A stretch of DNA of 64,000 nt from assembly GCF_009914755.1 (NCBI RefSeq), contig NC_060927.1; one strand, 5' to 3'. The DNA is from the human T2T-CHM13v2.0 reference genome, Homo sapiens. How positions within the stretch are numbered: the first letter of the stretch is position 1; each line of letters opens with the position of its first letter. The notes under the pieces are model-generated. The model made no database searches, was not told where the DNA came from, and was given only the letters and a program-made list of their open reading frames with translations. Below are positions 58,289-64,000 of this stretch, one piece after another. Both the position numbers and the translations under genes were made by a program.

Positions 58289-59772
58289 CTCGAGAAGGGG
58301 TAAGTGAGATGCAAACCAATAATTCTTTTTCCCTCTCCCTTCTGAGTCTTCTCATCCCCGTGGCCTTTTCCTTCCTTTTTTGAGATGGACCGGCGAGCAG
58401 CAGCTGCCCACTGCTCCTCACTCCATGCCGGGGCTGGGACACATGGCCTAAGTGTCCTGCACAGCCTGCTGGCTGGTTCCCCGTCACTCCTGGCTGTCCC
58501 AGCCTTCCCCTTCCCTGGCCAAGGGATGTAACTCTATCAGACAGTAATTAAGCTTAAATTTGTCTCCCTGGTGGAGGAACCACTTGCAAAGAAATATGAG
58601 GTTCTTCCTCAGGCACTTTTAAACTGTTTCTTTTCTTTCCCCTTCTCTACCCCATCAGCAAGTTAACTTAAATTTTTTTTTCTTTTAGAAGATGTTGTAC
58701 TAGGCTAGCCTCCACCCACCCCCAACAACTGTCAGTGTATTCTCTGCAAAGTTTCGGTTGTGAAATCAAGCCTCCATCTTGTTTTATATCCTGAGGGCAT
58801 GGCTGGTAATTGTGGCAAGGATTTGTTTAGCAAAGCCTTGAGAGGATGAACCCTGTAAGATTCAATGTCTGCATGTTTTCCTAGCCCTTTCTCTTAAAGG
58901 GCCCCACCCAGCAACTGGGTTTTCTTCTGCCTGCCTGTGTGTGTACTGTACGTAATGTTTGTCAAGAGAACTCTAATTAATACAGCCTAAAGAAAGACAA
59001 GTGCTTGAATCTAATATTTTTTAAAGGGAAGATAAAGTCTGGTACCTTTCAGTTCACATGACTTTAATCTTTAAGAAATAGAAACAGTCTTAAAAACTAT
59101 TGGTCAATTGCAGGTATTATCAAAATGTAAATAGGTAGGCTAAATAATGCAGGTCAGATGCAAGGTTTGCTAAGTGTTTTGAGGTTACAAACTGCTTTTT
59201 GGGTTTTCAGAACTATATTGACTTGCCAGCTTCACAACTGGTAAGGCCTGGGGACACACGGAACTAACCGCACCCTTAACTAAGAAGGCAAACCTTGGCT
59301 GCAGTTAGCACACAATTAAAGCAACTTAACAAGTTTTAGTTTACAGTTAAAAATTGCTAGGAGTTAATTGAATCCACTAGAAATAGATTTACATGCAAGG
59401 TGTATGAGAACAGTAAAATGTGTTTTTCAGTAAAAGGTTATAAGAAGTCATGGAAATGTAAACTTTTGCCTAGGGTTAAGGATTGTTTTGAGTTACATTA
59501 GGAAAAAGCTGAAGGTTCCAAGAAGTGGTGGAAGAATTGTGGAAATTAATCTTGCAGAAGAGGTTCTCTGTGTGAACATACTGACTACATTCAACCAAGG
59601 GTATTATATGGTTTTTCTGTAAATTGAGCATTGAAGTAAAAGCATAACGAGGTTTTCCTAAGGTGCTAATCTTAATCTGCTCTTTGGCAAAATTTGTAAA
59701 GGGTTATAAAAGGTTTTCGCTTCTTCAAAATTTCTGAGTCATCATTTTGACAAAATAAATAACTTTTGGTAA

Positions 59773-60524
59773 TGTTGACAAAAGGAGTCAAATTCTGTAA
59801 AATATTTTTACAGACTTATTGTGAGCCACATATGAGTGACCATGGCCCGTGACACAGCCCTCAGAAGGTCCTGAGAACATGTGCCCAAGGTGGTCAGGGT
59901 ATAGCTTGGTTTGATATATTTTAGGAAAGCATGAGACTTCAAATATATTTAAGAAATGCATTGGTTTGGTTCAGAAAGGCAGGACAACTCAAAGCGGAGG
60001 CTTCCAGGCTATAGGTAAATTTAAACATTTTTCTGGATGACGGTTGAGTTTATCTGAAGACCTGGGATCAATAGAAAGGAAATGTTCAGGTTAAGATAAA
60101 GGATTGTGGAGACCAAATTTTATTGTGCAGAGGAAGCTCTCAGATAGCAGACTTAAGAGAGAGCAGTTTATAAAATGCTTCTTATCAGACCTAAAAGGGT
60201 GCCTGGCTCTTAGTTGATTATCTCCTGGATCTGGAGAGAAAGGAATGAAAACAAAGGGGGAAGGGGATTCTCTATAAAATGTGGATTTTTCCCACAAGAG
60301 ACGTTGCAGGGCAACTTCAAGGTATGGCAAGGAAATATATTTTGAGGTAAAACATTTTGATTTTTTTCCTCGTTATGCCACAGTCAGATTGGAAAGTAAG
60401 TCACGATATACAGGGTTAAATAAAACCCATCTGATGAACATTTATGGTTTGTAAGCCATGACTCCCCAGGCTCCTTAGATAGGAATTTGGGCAATATTAA
60501 AAAAAAATCAGAGCTTAGTCCTCA
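59773..60524 (-). mobile_element. MER4E-like solo LTR nested in the provirus
   Basis: Minus strand starts 'tgaggactaagctctgattttttttt'; exact TSD gtaa. Confidence 0.85.
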
Positions 60525-63393
60525 GTAATCTGGAATTCCGTTTCATAACATCAAGTGTTTTAAACCTTGAACATTTAACAGCCTTCCCAAAGTCAAACTT
60601 CAGTTTCAAAATCGTCTTCCCTGGTACATGGCTTTTCAAATACTTCAGAGGGCCCCCGATGTGTCCAGAACTAAGAGAGGTAAACAGAATTATTTGACAT
60701 GTTTAGGTACATGGGATTGCCAAAATGATGCTCAATCTTCTTTAGGTTATAGCTGGGTGAATAATGCCAATATATGTTCCAAAATTGTATGGGATTTCTA
60801 AAATTCTAATGTCTGAGTATATGCTATCAACCATAATTAAGGTTTTTATGTTAAGTTATAGTAAACCACGGAGATAACTAAACTTCTTTGTCAGTCGTGT
60901 TTCTAATTGTAACTACCCTGGAAATTTTGCTATTCACAGACAATTGTTGCTTTAATCTTTTTCAGAAGATGGTTTATAATAAGCTATAGGACTTTGACAG
61001 GTGCTTTCAAATACAGGCTTCTGATAACTTTGGATATTGTGACACTGAAATACAGGAAAATGTACAGGACTCAAAAGCTGAAATGCTCATGATTATCAAG
61101 CAAAACAAGAGTTAGCCAAATGGACTGAACTCAGGAAGCTGAAGCAACCTTTTTGACTTTTGCTTGGAATATTGCTAATCCATGTTTCATTTTTCAGAGT
61201 CAAGGAAACTTATTTTGAACTATTTACAGCCTTTAACAATTGAGTAAGGTATACTCCTATGAACAAAGTTTGAAGCGTGTTTGTTTCTCTCTGCCTGGTT
61301 CCTCTAGAATTTGGAAACTATCTGTGAATATTGTTATGGCAATATAGTTGTTTGCATCAGTGCAATAAGAATCCATTTTTCTTTTGCAGCAGGACACATT
61401 TGGAGAAAGTAGTTATTTTACCAAGGTTTTGACTGGAATGGTATGCTTCCCTTTAAGGAGTCAAGCTCAACTTGCAGAGCCAATAAAAGCCCCATGGGGA
61501 AACTGGCCTCATACTGTTGTCTATGCAGTCCCTGTACAGGGTTCCTGACCTGTGGTCAGTAAAGAATGTCACTTTCTAGCAGGTCCAAGAGCTCCAAGTT
61601 TATTGTGGGACCTTAAGAGGAGAGGATCACCCAACTCACAGGTATTTGAGGATGCAAACCCATGGCTAGGCTCAGCTTTAAAAGGTCTTATCTGTGATTC
61701 CTTGTGGAAAACATTTCCATCAGTGCCAATCCAAAAGGCCTATGTAGAAATAGTTATTCTTGCTGCACTTTATGCAAATAATCAGGCCAAGTGTAAGACT
61801 AAAGTCTATTTTGCAAAGCACTCAGTCCTACCATAATTTTTTTAACAAAAATGAGGACTGGAGAGACAGAAATTATGTTCCAAAATTTGCCATACATTTG
61901 TCATTAAATGCTAAACTCATTAGTTGTTTTTAAGTTTTCATCTACCTTTTAGACCAACCCTGCTTGCTCCTGTGAACCAAGCAGCAATCTCCGGCTGCAG
62001 CTCAGAAAGAACAGGAGGGATGGGTAATGTAGAAATATGGATCAATATTCTAGCTCTGAACAATTATCCTGCAAACCCTGCCAGGTGATGGAATAAATAG
62101 GGTGCCCATTACCAGGAGGTTTCCTTTTTGGGAAAGTAAGACCAAGTGAACTAACCAAAGCCAAGCATCACGTATCCAAATCCTGGCAAGCATAACTATA
62201 GCTACCAGTTATCTGGGTGTGTCACAAGACATCCTTTTCTCTCTCTTGTTGGAGGAGAACTGGGTTCCACAGCTTCACTTTAGCATTTGTCTTATGATAA
62301 GGAGGCCATGCAATGCCCCATCCGAGATACATTTTTGTCCCAGACTGAATTCCAAGCTTCACATCAAAGCCTTAGGAAGGAAAATCGGATCTTAGGGATC
62401 CAGAGGCAAATGACAACAGAAGTTAAAAGGCACAGCACAGGTGAGCGTGACTGATTCCTGCTGATTAAGCCAACCCCAAACTTCCTGTTTCATGGATAAA
62501 GGCCACGTTAATATCCATGGCATAAATGAGGTCTACGGAACTCCAAGGCTACTGACAGCAGGGGAGATAGGGCATACGTGGGTAAGAGCGGATGATTCCC
62601 ACCCCTAGGCCCCCCTGCTTCATGGGTGCAAGTTGCTTTAACACCCATGGTGGCACCTACCAAGGTCACTGGAACTTGGGGATGCAAGGATAGAAGATGG
62701 AAAGAGGATGCTCTTCCCTCTCTACCTCACATACCTAAGGTATCTGCTGGAAGAAAAGGGAACCAGGTATGCCTGCTCCCCTCTTTCTAGATGGGTAGCC
62801 ATTCATCTTCAGTCTGTATCCCTTTCAAATGCATCCTGAACCTCTGGGACTCCTTTAAAAGGCACCTTCTTTTTGCCTTTCTTCTCCTCTGTTCTCTCTT
62901 CACTAATAGGTAATTGTGTCTCCATACTACAAGGCACTCTCCTCAGATGCATCCTCCAAACTAGAAAGAGTTAGTTTCCCAAACCTTAAACTGGTTAGCT
63001 TAGGATTGGGCTCAGGGGAAGGGGACCCAGAAGCCCAACGTGCCAGCAAAAGGGTAAAGTTTTTTTTGCCAGTCAGGCTTTTGGCCTCCCTCTACGTGTG
63101 CAAACTGGCAAAAGGCCTCAGGATCTTTGAGCTGTCCTTACCCTCCCTTCATTTCGTTTTGATACATAGTTTCTAATAACCTGGTTTGTCTGTTCTTGCC
63201 TTCAGGCCATTAAACTCTAAACAATCATGCAAACAGAGCCTCTGACAATGGCCCTTTCTGCTGTGAACCCTTAGATGGGCCTCTGCTGTTTCCCCAAAAC
63301 AGCGCCCCCTCTCAGCAGGAAGCAGTTAAGGTCAGTCTTCATCCTTATCCTTAATCTAAACGGCAGCTGGATGTACCTCTTTAGAGGGAGGAA

Positions 63394-63719
63394 TGAGACA
63401 GCTAGGTGGGAGGGGGTCCCCGAAAAACCTCCAGTCAGCCTGTGCACTAGAGTAGAGCCTCAGAAAGTTCACCATGTTTGCACTGGGGAGGAGCCTGGTC
63501 CCTCCTTTTCCTGTGTGGAACCTGGAATTCAAGCTGTGGGCAGGAAGTGCTCTATCAGGGACTCTAGCCTTGCAGAGGCTCCCGGTTCCCCCTTTGTCTT
63601 CTTTTTCACCCAATAAAACCTTGCTCACCCTCTCCAACAGTCTGCGAGCCTAAATTTTCTTGGCCATGGGACAGACAAGGACCCTCTCTTTAGCTGAACT
63701 AAGGAAAAGTCCTGCAACA
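63394..63719 (+). repeat. 3' LTR (MER61-like)
   Basis: Homologous to 57943-58266, preceded by PPT 'agagggaggaa', ends CA. Confidence 0.9.
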
Positions 63720-64000
63720 CCTCCAACAACTAACAATTGTTTCCAGTGCACCTCCATTCTCCAGGAGGGAGAAGGCCAAAGCAGATAAGTGGAGAATGCA
63801 CACGTTAGCCCATTTTCAATAGTTTAATACTTTAAAAAATAGTAGTGTTGCTGACTTTCAAGCTTTAGCATCTACACGTGCTAGATTCACTTATTGACTC
63901 ATTAAACTATTCTTTTACCAATGAGCTTACCATATGCCAAAAACTATGCTATACTGGGAACCCAAAGGCACACAGAAAAACTAGAAGACTATTTCTGCAC

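Larger units (their letters stand above)
57943..63719 (+). mobile_element. two-LTR non-autonomous provirus, MER61/MER61-int type (MER4 group, ERV1)
   Basis: 5'LTR 57943-58266, 3'LTR 63394-63719, PBS 58271-58288, PPT 63383-63393, TSD cctg / cctc; no long ORF. Confidence 0.9.

Overview
Primate genomic DNA (human-like: AluY/S/J, THE1, MER61). I found no intact protein-coding exon, RNA gene or CpG island; the window reads as intergenic or deep intronic and is dominated by transposable elements. Recognisable non-TE content is two co-oriented minus-strand processed pseudogenes about 1.2 kb apart. One is a full-length TMED2 retrocopy (11229-13420, with target-site duplication (TSD), whole 3'UTR and a residual 161-aa ORF). 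The other is a PPIA/cyclophilin A retrocopy (14617-15362) joined directly to an AluS, the two sharing one flanking TSD. The right end holds a two-LTR MER61-type provirus (57943-63719) with a tRNA-Lys PBS, a nested MER4E LTR, displaced gag N-termini and an env tail. A degraded ERVL pol/dUTPase fossil lies at about 50.3-52.9 kb. Other notable signals are a non-TE ~105-bp dispersed duplication (43237/44525) with a microhomology scar, two co-oriented CTCF-like motifs, and a consensus DUX4 site in a THE1C LTR. Repeat subfamily names come from recalled consensus sequences, not a database search, and boundaries of old repeats are approximate.
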